Positions 51,301-63,013 of a stretch of DNA of 64,000 nt are shown piece after piece. The stretch spans positions 48,174,001 through 48,238,000 of the forward strand of contig CM060732.1 of the NCBI GenBank assembly GCA_030704615.1, in the 5' to 3' direction. Every line of letters starts with the position of its first letter. The stretch's first letter is position 1. The DNA comes from Takakia lepidozioides. Its lineage: Eukaryota > Plantae > Bryophyta. Below the pieces are notes generated by a model. The model saw nothing but the letters and a program-made list of their open reading frames with translations, was not told the DNA's origin and made no database searches. The translations under genes and the position numbers were made by a program.

Positions 51301-54300
51301 GTTCTTCTAGGATTTCTATTTCTCCTTCTCTTTCTTCATAGAAATGTGATGGGTAAATGCTGGTTTCCTCTTCAGTTGGTGTTGCTGTCACTACACCACA
51401 GCAGATACCTCTCAAACAACTTAGGCTTTCCAGCCGCATCTCTGCAACCTGCTCCCACTCTGGGTGTGCAGCAAATAGGGTAGCTTCCTGCTCCTCATCC
51501 AGTCCTCCTTTCCAGTCATACTCTCTGACTCCTCGAGGTCTTCTTGTAGCAGGTAATCTACTAGATTTCTTTGTGGTAATTTGTATCTCGTGTATCCCAT
51601 TATGCACGGTTAGTAACTGAGAATTCCAGTCATGGAATACCCTGGCCTGTTTCAGCCACGGACGTCCCAATAATAAGGAGTAAGCCTCCATGACTTCATC
51701 CATTTTTAATACAGTTACTGTGATCATAAAGATCATTTTCTGTATCTGTATCTTAACTCCTCTTATTAATCCCAATGGCTGTACACTTCTTTGATCTGCC
51801 ATTGTTACTGTAAATGGGGCTGGTTTCATGTTACTTAGACCAAGCTTCTTCCTTAATTGGTCTGTCATGATATTTACTCCAGAACCACCATCTATCAGTA
51901 CATCAGTTAGTTCTGTGCTTCCAATTCTCAATTGGATTACTGGCATAGAATCATCAAAGTCCATGACTGTTTCTCGCCCTTCCGGCTTCACATTATAACT
52001 GGTCACCTTGCTGTTCAGGTCTGTGTTTCCTGTCTCTTGGGCAATTCGATTGATTGCTTGATACAGCCTGTGCCTACAATAAGGTGCCACAGCTAATAGC
52101 TGTCCAATGGTAATTTCTGCTTTGGTCTGGCATATTACTTCAGCCAAAGTCTCTTCATTACTTTGCATGTCTGCATCTTCTTTTTTCCTTTCTTCCTCAC
52201 TCCCTTCTTTTTCTCCATCCGAATCAGAGGAATCTGCCACAGGAATATCAGTACTCTTTTGCATTTCCCTTATAGTATCTGCCACTTCCTTGTGCAGTTC
52301 CTTCTCATCTTTCCAAGTCTCTTCATCTTCAGGCATATCATTGCCACTTCCATTCTCATCTTCTTCCTCTTCTACTGGAGGTATTAGTTTGGCTTTACTT
52401 CTTGTTACTATCATTGTACTTACTTCTGGTACAACACATGGCCTAACCATGTGAGCTGCCACCACTGGGCCCTCATTCACAGGAGCTCTCATCTCATTCT
52501 GGTGTCTTATCCAGAATGAACAGGCTGCCTTGCGATGTCCTGGCTGATTACAATAGTAACATAGCTCTTCACCATTGGGTCCTCGCCCTTGGTCTGTTCT
52601 TGGATTATTTCTATAATCCTGATTCCCGGGCTGGTAATTCCCCCTTGGATTACCCTGATAGTTGCCTCTGGAATTTCCTTGGTAATTCCCTCTTGAATTA
52701 CCTCTCCCTTCCATGCCATTGTTATAACCACCAGACCTACCATAGTGGTCCTGATCATTGTTTCTTCTTGGCTGGGGCTGCACCTGATGCACCCTTACTT
52801 GCCTAGGTTCTCTTGCAGCTGTCCTTCTGTTGTAGTAACAATTCTCAGTAGAATGGTTATCCATTTTACAGATAGTACAGTGTTTCTCCTTCATGTGGCA
52901 TTCTGTGGTGGTATGGCCTTCATTCTGGCACTTTGCACACCATACACCCTTCCTCCAATGTGTTGCAGCCTCTGTGGCATACTTCTTCAAGATTTCTTCC
53001 AATTTTTTTTCATAGTTATCCCTCTTCAACTTCTCCTTTCTCTTACTCTTTCTTTTTAGTTCTTGCTCTTCTTCTTCATCTGACTCATCCTCAGAGTCCT
53101 CATCTTCTTTTTTCTCTCTCCTGAGCATTCCCAATTGCTCAATTCTGTTCGCAGTTTCAAATGCCTCCTCCACTGTATTATGGGGTAACATATCCACTTT
53201 CTTTTGCAACTCTGGTCTTAGTCCACTCACAAACCAAGTCTTCTGTAAACCGGGCGCTGGTACTGCAGCCAGCTTTTTCATCATCAATTCCATCTTCTCC
53301 ATATACTCTTCAACAGTTTCATGCTTCTTCTGCTTCAGCTGTTGTAAACTTCCATACACTTCATCCTCAGTTTTACTTGTCCTGAACCTATTTCGAAATG
53401 CTGTATTCAAGCCATTCCAGGTTAGGAAATGATTATCAGGGAATCTTGCATACCATTCACTTGCTTTCTTGATAAGTGAACAAGGAAACAGTCTCATCTT
53501 GGCATCATCGCCATTCTCATTGTTCACTATACACATGTGCTCAAATTGGCTAATGTGTACATCGGGATCCCCTTTTCCTGAATATATTGGAAAGGGTGGT
53601 TTTGCCCGTGTTGGTTGTAACGCCATCTGTGGCCCTACCTTCTGCCCACTGACAGGTGCTGGCACCCTTGCTGGTGCTGGTCCTTCTGGACCTGTTGTTT
53701 TTGTGGTGGATCTTCCACCAAGTGGTGGCCCTTGAGCACTCCCTGCTTCTGGCCCCACGATATTCACAGTATTCCCAGCTTCAGTTGCACTACTTCCCAC
53801 ACTCCCTGTCCCCCCAGAGCCAGATCCAGGCAGCCCGCCTGATCCCCCTGAGCCGACACCTTCGTTGGCCTGTGATCCAAGTGCTCCACTTGATCCAGGT
53901 CCAACGGGTTGGGATGTCCTGGTTGTAGTCTCAACCTCAGCTGTTGGGTCTACTTCTTCATATTCTTCCTCTTCTAATTTCTTCTCTCTGTTTTCATCCT
54001 CCAAGTTCTGCCCTTGGGTTTCTTCTTCACTCATGTAACTCAACTGTAATGGTGTTGGAGAGTCTGAACTCTCCGTTGGCTCTGCCACATCCTCTTCTCC
54101 TTCTTCACCTTCTGCTTCAGAAACTGGAGTTCCTGCTTTTGGTGTTCCATGCCAACTCTTATCAAAGATTTCTGTCAAGTCTTTTATCCAAGGATGTACC
54201 TCAGATCTTTCACCTCGTGATTGATCTTCTTCCTGTACCAATTCCCTTAATCTTTCTTGCAAAGAAACAGAAGGAGTGGCATCCAACTCTAGTTCTTCCG

Positions 54301-54457
54301 GTATAGGTGATGTACTCTTTGATCTTAATGGTGTGAGAGGTCCAGATGATTCCCCTATGTCTATTCCTCTCTCCCAAAGATATGGATAATTAGCTTTCAG
54401 ATAGCTTTCTCTTTTTGCTGAATATCTCTGTCGTCTAGCTTCTCTTTCATCACTCAT
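48316..54457 (-). CDS. Gag-Pol polyprotein (gag, Zn knuckles, protease, RT, RNaseH, integrase); two 1-nt frameshifts in integrase (about 49095 and 48790)
   Basis: CCHC knuckles CAKCQNEGHTTTEC, CTICKMDNHSTENC and CYYCNQPGHRKAAC. PR LIDGGS. RT YSFMDGFSGYNQ..MPFGL..FLDDF. RH CDAS..EREALA. INT H-H-C-C, WGLDFVGP, SDQ, GQAEATN and GPY. No chromodomain and no second RNaseH seen. Confidence 0.96.
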
Positions 54458-54478
54458 GTCCCATGTCTTTCATTTCTT

Positions 54479-55024
54479 TTAATGTGGCAATAACCAAAAC
54501 TCTCTTCTGTAATATCTCTCGTATATGCCTGGGTTTCTTTCAAGCTTCAATGCACCCTTGGCTATACTTGAAGTCTCCGTTACCATATAACCATATGGCA
54601 AACAAGTCTGAAAAGCTGTTCTTGGTGTGAGTTTGATCCACAAAATATCCTTTGGAATCCAATTCTTTACCAGTACAAGCTCTTCATGCATATGAGTATA
54701 AACATTCACCTTTCTTTCTTCCCAGCCTTCAAACTCTACTCGTTTAATGGATAGCAATGCTATCACATAAACCAATGTTGGTAACCAACGTGCTCTTCCT
54801 CTACAGGCTACCTGATAAATCTTTATCACTCCTTTCTCCAGACCCCATTCTGGATCAGCATCATGCACTCGCTTAAGAATATTTTCTTTACAACCGTCTG
54901 GCAATTCCAAGAACCTTTGAAAGAATTGTTTGGACAATCTTTCTTCCTTCGTTCCACAGGGAATTTGATTCACTTCAAATTCTTTAATGGTCCAACCACC
55001 ATGATCCCACCAGATGCCTGTCAC
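54479..55024 (-). CDS. Extra 5' ORF (about 181 aa, unknown function) between the PBS and gag
   Basis: Open frame in the sense orientation. An ATG at 55038 would be in frame with a 1-nt correction. Confidence 0.5.
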   Translation of the reverse strand: MTGIWWDHGGWTIKEFEVNQIPCGTKEERLSKQFFQRFLELPDGCKENILKRVHDADPEWGLEKGVIKIYQVACRGRARWLPTLVYVIALLSIKRVEFEGWEERKVNVYTHMHEELVLVKNWIPKDILWIKLTPRTAFQTCLPYGYMVTETSSIAKGALKLERNPGIYERYYRREFWLLPH

Positions 55025-55044
55025 ATCTGGTTGTTCATGTCTCA

Positions 55045-55063
55045 GTCCCCAGTATGGTCGCCA
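55045..55063 (-). other. Primer-binding site, tRNA-Arg-like
   Basis: The minus strand reads TGGCGACCATACTGGGGAC 2 nt after the 5' LTR. It resembles plant tRNA-Arg PBSs (TGGCGAC...). Confidence 0.75.
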
Positions 55064-55065
55064 AA

Positions 55066-56050
55066 TGTCGCGCGGCTTTTACTCACCCATCCCTTCGCTA
55101 TTCGAGGCGGAAACTCCAAGATAGAAGAGTTGGAAATCTCTAAGTACTCAGCCCGCGCAGAACAATCAGTCATGACCTACAGCTAGTGTATCATGGGGGT
55201 GTTTCCTATTTGTTTCCCTTTTGGTATTCATGTTAGCTATCTTACCATTGATAATTAAGTATCAGTTTGCTTTATCAATCTATTGGATTCCATCAACTCA
55301 TCCATTCATTCACAGCTTCACTCAGATCTCTCTACACAGTGTGATTGTATCGTAAAAGTATCCGATTATGATTTATCAGGTATCAGGCCGAAGCCATTGT
55401 GTCTCTAATCTGCTCTACAATATCATTACAGCCTTGCATATATCAAGCATCTACTCATCATCTCTCTATCTTCACTTCCGTTCTTCATCTCTGCCCGATC
55501 CCCTCTCCTCCATGACCAAGAAGTCCTCCTCCGAATGATATCCCTCAATTCCCCGTTTCTCCCTTTATCTTCCTATCCGTGGTTCTAACCGTTTCCCTCA
55601 CTAACCGTCGTCTGTGAACTAACATGTTCCCTTCGCAGGTGTTGTTCCCCACAGTCGTTCCCTGTCCTACTCTTCGTTCCCTATGATCGTGACAGCTGTG
55701 TCAAGCTGTGACTGGCTGTGTGAAACTGTGACGGGCTGTGACTGGCTGTGCGACTGTGTTTGGCTGTGTCGGGCTGTGACTGGCTGTGTGGCTGTGACGG
55801 CTGTGTCTGCTGTGACGACTGTGACGGGCTGTGTTGGCTGTGTCGGCTGTGTCTGCTGTGTATTTGCTGTGACGACTGTAACGGGCTGTGTTGGCTGTGT
55901 CGGCTGTGACGACTGTGACGGGCTGTGTAACCCCCCTCTACAGTGCGCTGCTGTCACCCCTAAGGCTCCTGTTGGTCTCAGTCTGTGCAAAAATTAAGGG
56001 TACCCTACAGATCCCGTATAAGTGTCTAAGTCCCCGACAGTCCTCTAACA
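55066..56050 (-). repeat. 5' LTR (985 bp)
   Basis: Direct repeat of 42607-43734, adjacent to the PBS. Confidence 0.95.
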
Positions 56051-58579
56051 GCAGTCTGGTGGTCATGTTTGCTGGTCTGCTACACAATCGGCTGATGGGC
56101 AGTCTGTTGGCCGGTCTGTTCTCCGGTCTGCTGCAAAGTCTGCAAAGTTCGCTGCCCGCTCAGTACTGTTTACACATACTGAGTATGTGTGTGCGGGGCA
56201 GCCTGCTAGGAGTGATCCGGCCTATTACCCGGGACGGTCTGGTGCACATGCTCGGTCTTCAGCACTTGGGCAGTCTGCCCACATGTGTCGTGGGGAATAT
56301 GTTGTTCGACATTCTTGTGGCCAGTCTGCTGGATAGTCTCCCGAACTCCTTGTAAAGCCAGGACAAGGTCCCTTGCACCTCTGGCAAAAGAGTCGAAAGC
56401 AGCCTGCACTTGCTTGTCTCCCAGATCAACTCGCCCTGCAACACATGTTTATGCAAATGTGAACTTCTAAAAAAGTTGGCAAAAGAAATTGAGCTGAAAC
56501 ACGAAAGTTGCCCATAACATTTTACCTTCCAAGAGATTTCCGACGAGACCAATGTCCTTGATTTGCCGGCACAGGCATGCTCCATCGAGATGAGCAATGG
56601 CGCCGATGCAGTCTTCAGTTGGGATCCCACACCACAGGACTTTGAAGACATTGGGATTTTGCAAAACAATGTCGAATACTGCTCGCTCTATCACCAATGC
56701 AAACTAGTGCAATGCGTCATCCACCACAAACTTCTGTGAATGGTCTGTTCCATGGAATAAGTCCATCCTCAAACTATGTAGATCCTTCATCAACTTGTTG
56801 TATGAGCGGAAATTGCCAAATTGCATCCATCTGTGTTGTAGGAAGGAAGCTGCCATGCGCTCAAAGTCCTCCTCAGTCAATCCGAACAAGTGCTTTCTTC
56901 GCACCCCAAAGGTTGGATGTGCCATAGGCATATGTTTAAGGTCATCAGGCCATGGGTCATCCATGAGAATCAGCTGCACAAGTAGAGGCGGCGCATTTTG
57001 GTCGTTTGTGGCTTCAATGGCAACAGCAGAGGCGGCTTCTAGAACATGGTTGGCTTCCTCAATAGAAAACTCCATGGAATAATGAAAGGGTACAAATGAC
57101 CACCGGCGGTCCGCAACAATCCGGTGGAGCTCATTATGCCAATCCAAATGGGGATTAATTTCTCCCACCCTAAGCCGGGGAAGTGTGAGGTCTTCAACTC
57201 CGGGTCGAATTACCGGTGATGGCGATCGCCAAACTGCAAAAAGCGCCGTGCTATGTGAGAGAAAGGCAGTCTGCTGGTCAGTCTGCTGGTCCGCAGTCTG
57301 TTGGATGACATGACTTCCCATTGGCATGGGCTGCATGATGGGCTCCTGGAGAGGAGTCTGCAAGATGACAGACTGCTCGTTGGGAGTCTGCTCCATTGGA
57401 GTCTGCTGGATGACAGGCTGCTGAACGGTAGTCTGCTTGATGACGGCCTGCTGAATGGGAGTCTGCTGGATGGCAGACTCGGCTGTCCCAGACGCATTCC
57501 CCCCCGACGCGTCTTGAATATGTAATGTCGCTATAGCAGCAGATGACCCAGGATACTTCAATAATATGTACTCTCGCACGCGGTCTACTTCCGCACGCAC
57601 TGCAGTCGCTTGTAAAGGAGCATCATTGCTAGGTATCCGCCAAGCCTGAATGACCCTACAAATATAAACACGTTCATCCTGGTACACGGCAGAGAACTTG
57701 GACGTCAGGAACATGGACATGGACTCTATATTCACCTCATGCAGCGGACTGGACTCACAGACCAGTAGACTGTAACGTGCGTACGTAGGGTGGAGGCAAC
57801 TAGTAGACTATACCAGTGGACTAGACCAGCGGACTGACAAACGGACTCAGTAAGTAATACAGCGATATAAAACGGACTAACTGACGAGCGGAGTGAGCCA
57901 GCGGACTGAGGAGAGAACGCAGCAGACTGACCAGACTGAATAGGCAACGTGACCCCGATGATGGACTCAAACAGCACAGAGAACAGACTGGGCGGTCAGA
58001 CTGACCATTACCTCCTCTACTTCATCATCGTCATCTTCATCTTCAAAGCTGTTCAACCAGTTCTGTTCCGCCTGTCGGATGAATGTGCGTAGCAGACCTG
58101 ACTGGGCAACTCTATAGAAATAACGGAAGAAGTTTGGATCCCCAATTGGTGGGCATTCTGGTGGGAAAAGCCCAAAGTCAACGAGGATAGAAGTCCTATG
58201 AAAAGACTCACCCTAAGCAAGAAGAGGACACAGAATGGAATGGAAACACCGCAGCAAGTGAGAACCTCACCGAGCCGATGAACTTCGAGTTGTTTTGAAG
58301 GCGAGCGAGTTTGCGACGCTTCGCGGCTCACCGCGACTCTCCACACCTGGGGAAGAACGGTCGTCTTTCGTTACGGTGATGGAAACGCAAAGAGAAAAAC
58401 AAAACTGTGCAAAACTGTGCGAAGAAACAGGCGCGAAGAGAATGGAGTCGATCGCACAGGGAACATGAGAAGAAAGTAGAAGTAGAAGGGGGAAAGTGGG
58501 CATGGCACTGTCCACCGAACAAACGCATCGTACTAAATTCATCCACGGTCCTCGCAAGTGCAGCAGACTCATTTTCCAT
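56051..58579 (-). pseudogene. 5' part of the MULE accessory gene (unknown domains, Q/T-rich linkers), interrupted by the gypsy insertion
   Basis: ORF 56704-57735 continues through stops into 56467-56697 and 56206-56409. The QT-rich frame (QTGEQTGQQTAH..HQTA) resumes across the TSD as TAPQHTIQQTVQQTD. Small upstream exon candidates have GT-AG ends. Confidence 0.6.
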
Positions 58580-59371
58580 CGGGCCGAGAGTCCACCGGAC
58601 CGCCAGTCCAGCGGACTATTTTCTTTGCTGAGGCGAAGCGGCTTCATATTGGAGGCACTTCCTTGCCAGCGGAATGAAGACAAAAGAGAGTAAGGGGAGA
58701 ATAGGAAAGTCGAACACACCCATTGCGAACAGACTCGCGGCACAACAGAGTGATGCATGCACAGTCCAACAGACTGATATCCATACACTACAACAGATTG
58801 CGGCTTTTATGACTCCCATGGGTGCGCAGTCATGACAGATTTGTGGCAGAAATGCCATTTGCAATCGTAAAATGCTTTTGAAGTCATAATGTAGGTCTGG
58901 AGAAGGCATATATGCGACTGCATGGCTTCGGACTTTGTGCAACACATGTCAAACATGTTTGACCACGAATATTGGCATGGCAGATATGACTACCAGTCAC
59001 GGTCATGGCTACACTAGAATGACGTGTGCATATTGCAAGACAGACATATGACTTCATGACTCTCACTCTAATGCATTATGTCAGATCATCACATGGATGA
59101 ATCACTACATGACTACACGTGTCGACACATGCTTTTCTGGTTATATGTATAATATATGAGTATTTATATCTTAAAAAAACGGAGACTCTTACCACTAGAA
59201 TGAATTAAAATAACCCAAAGGAGGCTACAAAGAAGGGAGAGGGTGGGAAGAAGAACATGCCCTTGGCGATACAGGACGTGGAGTCTGCAAAGATTGTGGT
59301 GCCACCGGTGGAGGTGAATCGCCATGGTGACCCCTGCGGTGCGTTCTGGGAGGCTATGATTTTAAAAAAAT

Positions 59372-59569
59372 CACATCGGCTGGTAAGTGCACAGTGTGTC
59401 GCCCTTGTGGTTTGGGGTTCAAACCCACTGCCCTTATCCCGTGTGTGGGATTGTTCGAGACGGTATGTCTTGACGTTGATCGTCCTGTAGGTCTTATGGC
59501 CCATAAATGAAGGCGGGTGAATTTTCCCCCTCCTCAAGGGCTTGTGGTTTCCTTTAAGAAAAAAAAAAT
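59372..59569 (+). mobile_element. tRNA-derived SINE, family 1
   Basis: gctggtaagtgcacagtgtg...ggggttcaaacccactgccc...ttttccccctcctcaagggc...tttcctttaagaaaaaaaa. Confidence 0.8.
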
Positions 59570-59658
59570 CAAAAAAAAATCAAAAAAAAAAATCAAAAAG
59601 GGGCTTTTAGGGTTTACAAAAAGGTTAAAAAACTTAAAAAGTTGCCCATCACAGTAGC

Positions 59659-61206
59659 GTGAACAGACTTAGAGCGAGCGGGAGGGAGAGAGAGATAGGG
59701 TTGGGACTTAGAGCGAGCGAGCGGGAGAGAGGGCAAACATGCATGGGAGGCCCGCAGTTGGATCAACCTTCGCATCTGGAGCAAGCAACCCTAGAAACGC
59801 TAGGGTATGTGTGCGAGGAGGTTTCGGCTGGGAGCCAGCCTTCGAACTCGCATTGAGGTGGTTCCCTTTGCACATTGAGTGGGCTGATCAGCACTTTGGC
59901 GCGAAGCGGGCGTATGCCCGTGAGTTAGACCGCCGGTTTCCGGGCAATTGGAGTGACACAAGGGTGATGGAGATGGTGGGGCGAAACTTGAAGGACAGGA
60001 GGTACCGTGCCAGACAGATCATTTGGAGGGCAATGGAAAAGGGGGCCATACCCAAATCACCTTATGGAATTACACAGGTTGGCAAATCCTGAATCATGTC
60101 ACCTTCCATTTGTCGCATGTGCATTAATGAGGTGGATTCGATGAACCGTATGTGTGTAATTCACTAATTGTTTGGGGGGGGGGGGGGCATAGGTATCGTG
60201 GGATGCACTCATTGCGGGAGAGACTGATGCCGCAAACAAGGCCAAATTTGACCGGGCACGCGAAGCAACAACAGTCCGCCTTGACAAGCACAAATCCACA
60301 CACAAGTGGGGCGCCGGCGGATCCAAGGGTTTTATCTTGCGATTTGTAAGTCGTACTTCCCTATAGATTTTGTTATGTCTTCTTTCTGGCTCCATCATCG
60401 CGAAGAACTGACTTTAATTTGTGGCATGTGTAGCAACGCGCGTTTGAGAGGAAGCCATCTCCGATAGAGTACAACTACGCCAAGGAGCATGGTTGGCAAT
60501 CCCTCATGAAGAACATAGCCAACACGGAGGGGATGAGTGCACTATAGGGCACTAGTATGGATGAGGTCGGGGGGTCATGGCCAGGGATTGGATGAGAGCT
60601 CTGTGGGACTTAGGGGAACGCCGCCTCATTTAGGTGCTCTGGCAAAGGGCGCGGAGTCATCAGGCTCATCGGATAGCTATGAGTTCTCCACTGAGGATGA
60701 GGATGAGGATGAGGATGACTAGTCCTAGTCCATGTAGGTCCCAGGGTCAGCCTACTGAACCCTTGTGAGCTTTTCAGCTCATTTCCTGTAAATATATTTC
60801 CATCTTTCCATCTTCCATCTTATTCATGTGTCGCACCGTCCTCACCCTCGATTCATGCTTGCTCAATTGTGTACCTGCTAAATCAAAGAAATGGAACTGT
60901 AAGGTCTCCCATCCCCAAATACAAAACAAGGCAAAAAACAAAAAACCACCCCCAATTCACCCCCAAAATCAACCCCCAACCCCCCCCCCCCCCCCCCCCC
61001 CCACCAAGCTGCCCTCGCGACTGCAGGACGTCGCCATTGGCGACGTGTTTTTTGGGCGGGGGTCGCACGCCGCAACGGTTGGGCATCGCCAATCCCATTT
61101 GCGGGCGGCAACCCCTAACACCCCCTGTGACATGTTGTTTTGGTCCGGGGGTTGCAAGCCGCGACATCCTGGCGTCGCATAGCCTGCCACCCTGCCTGCG
61201 CCACGT

Positions 61207-61239
<33 letters not shown>

Positions 61240-61716
61240 AAAACGACGCCAGAGCGTCGCCAAAACCCACGCCTGGGCGTGGCGGAGCCCGACTCATGCT
61301 CCTGCTGTTTTTTTTGCCACGCCTAATAGTCGCTTGGCGTACCACCCGGCTTATGCCACGTATTTTTGGGTTTTATGATGGGACTCCCGGGCAAGTTAGA
61401 AAAAAAGGGGATGCGACGCCGGGCCGGTGCCCCCACCAACGCCGTCGGCTAGAGGGGCGCAACGGTGAGACGTCGCTCGACGGAGGCCCCTGCCATCGGC
61501 GCAGACGGCCTGAAAAGCGACGTCCGGCAAGTCGCGGGAGTTGCGGCAGGGGCTCGCGACCCCCATACGTCGCATTTTTGCGACGTCATTTTGGCGACGC
61601 CCATGCGACGGCCGGGCGTCGGGAAATTCTGCGCCTACCGCGTGCCCGAAAAAGGGCGTTTTCCCGACGCTGCGGCGTGGCTCGGGCGTAGCAAAGGCCC
61701 CCCTTTTCCTGTAGTG
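59659..61716 (+). mobile_element. Partial CACTA (En/Spm) element with a TnpA/Ptta-like ORF remnant and the right TIR
   Basis: The right end reverse-complements to CACTACAGGAAAAGGGGGG. Dense subterminal GCGACG/CGTCGC repeats at 61020-61700. The spliced peptide NLKDRRYR..P.GIT|VSWDALI..KAKFDRAR..HKWGAGG resembles Transposase_24. Left TIR not found. Confidence 0.72.
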
Positions 61717-61792
61717 CACGGGGCAGGGTAGCGGGTTCGAACCCCAAACCACCTGAGCGACACACATTGTGTACTTACCAGCTGAGCCGTGT
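61717..61792 (-). mobile_element. 5' half of SINE family 1, cut by the CACTA end
   Basis: The minus strand reads ggctcagctggtaagtacacaatgtg...ggggttcgaacccgct and stops at the CACTA terminus. Confidence 0.75.
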
Positions 61793-63013
61793 TTTTTTTT
61801 TAATCTCAAACCTCCTCCATCTTGCATTGGAAATTAACACCAAAATATTATGCAATATCTTATCAATTTTCTCTTTTACCATATATATATATATATATAT
61901 TGGTGTTTTGTACATATTGAAGAACATCTTGTGAGCAGTCGCTCCCAGGTTTTCTTTTCGAAAAAAAAAAAGAAAAAAAAGAAAAAGAAAGAACATCATA
62001 TATTCTTTAAAACCATTAAATTATATATTAATGGAAATAACTATCCATACCCGAAAACTATTCATACCCTTAGGGTATATTTTGGCATATATATCCATAC
62101 CCGGGGGGTATATAGAAATATGAAAAGTTAATTTATCCATACCCGGAGGGTAAATGATTTGACAAAAATAATTTAATTATACCCTAAGGGTATATTGAAA
62201 TCAATATACCCGCACAACACTGGTTGACACGTACCTGGATAGTTGTATAATTTGCCGTCTGAGCCGATTCAGATGTCGAATGGCAGCACATCCTGGGTGG
62301 CTGATTCGGCCTAAGAATAAGTATAGAAAAACGGCAGAATACTCCACACCTGATTTTAACGGTTTAAAGTAAAAGATACATGCGCAATCAAGATACACTT
62401 ATTAGTGGATTTCAGCTGCTAGGGGCTCACCTTGACTGTGCAATTGACGAAGACAATTACAGATTGGAGATTCAAAAGACCCGCGAATACATGAACGTTT
62501 CCAATGTGGTTGACACCTCTTCTACATCTACAGACCCCCGTGAGGACTCATCGTATGATACAACTCGAAACGCCAAGAAAGCTGGCAGCAACCTGGCAGT
62601 GGAAGCTCTGCAAATTTTGCCTCCATCCATCATGGGAACGTCCAACCTCAACTCACAGACAGGCAGCCAACCTTCTTCTCCACCTAAAGTCACAACACCT
62701 TCTTCCCCTCTCTCTTCTGCCCAGGTGCCTTTTTCACCCACCCCTTGCTTCATCTACCAGAGTATGTCAAAGAATACTAATAGGTGCTGGATGTTGTGTG
62801 GCAAAAAAAATCCAATAGGAGGGAAATAGAAAAGACACTTACTCCCTGTCATAGACTTACTATAAAATGTCCCCTCTGGAACCCTCTCATCGCCTCCACC
62901 TGGTTTTGTCTGGGTCAACTCACTTTGCCCAAGGGATCGCAGAGTTAAATTTGCCTTCCTAAACAATAGGCCATCAAATGGGACTCTGAGCCTAAGCCTA
63001 CCCCTTCTTCTCA

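Larger units (their letters stand above)
42607..56050 (-). mobile_element. Full-length Ty3/gypsy LTR retrotransposon, non-chromovirus (Athila/Phygy/Selgy-like), 13.4 kb
   Basis: Two near-identical TG...CA LTRs. 5-bp TSD GCAGT at 42602-42606 and 56051-56055. PBS, PPT and gag-pol present. Confidence 0.97.

Noticed and set aside
34427-59141. 14-bp inverted match AACCAGAAAAGCAT / ATGCTTTTCTGGTT as MULE TIRs
   Set aside because: There is no flanking TSD and no extension of the match, and the left copy lies in the OSCA 5' region. The MULE ends remain undefined.
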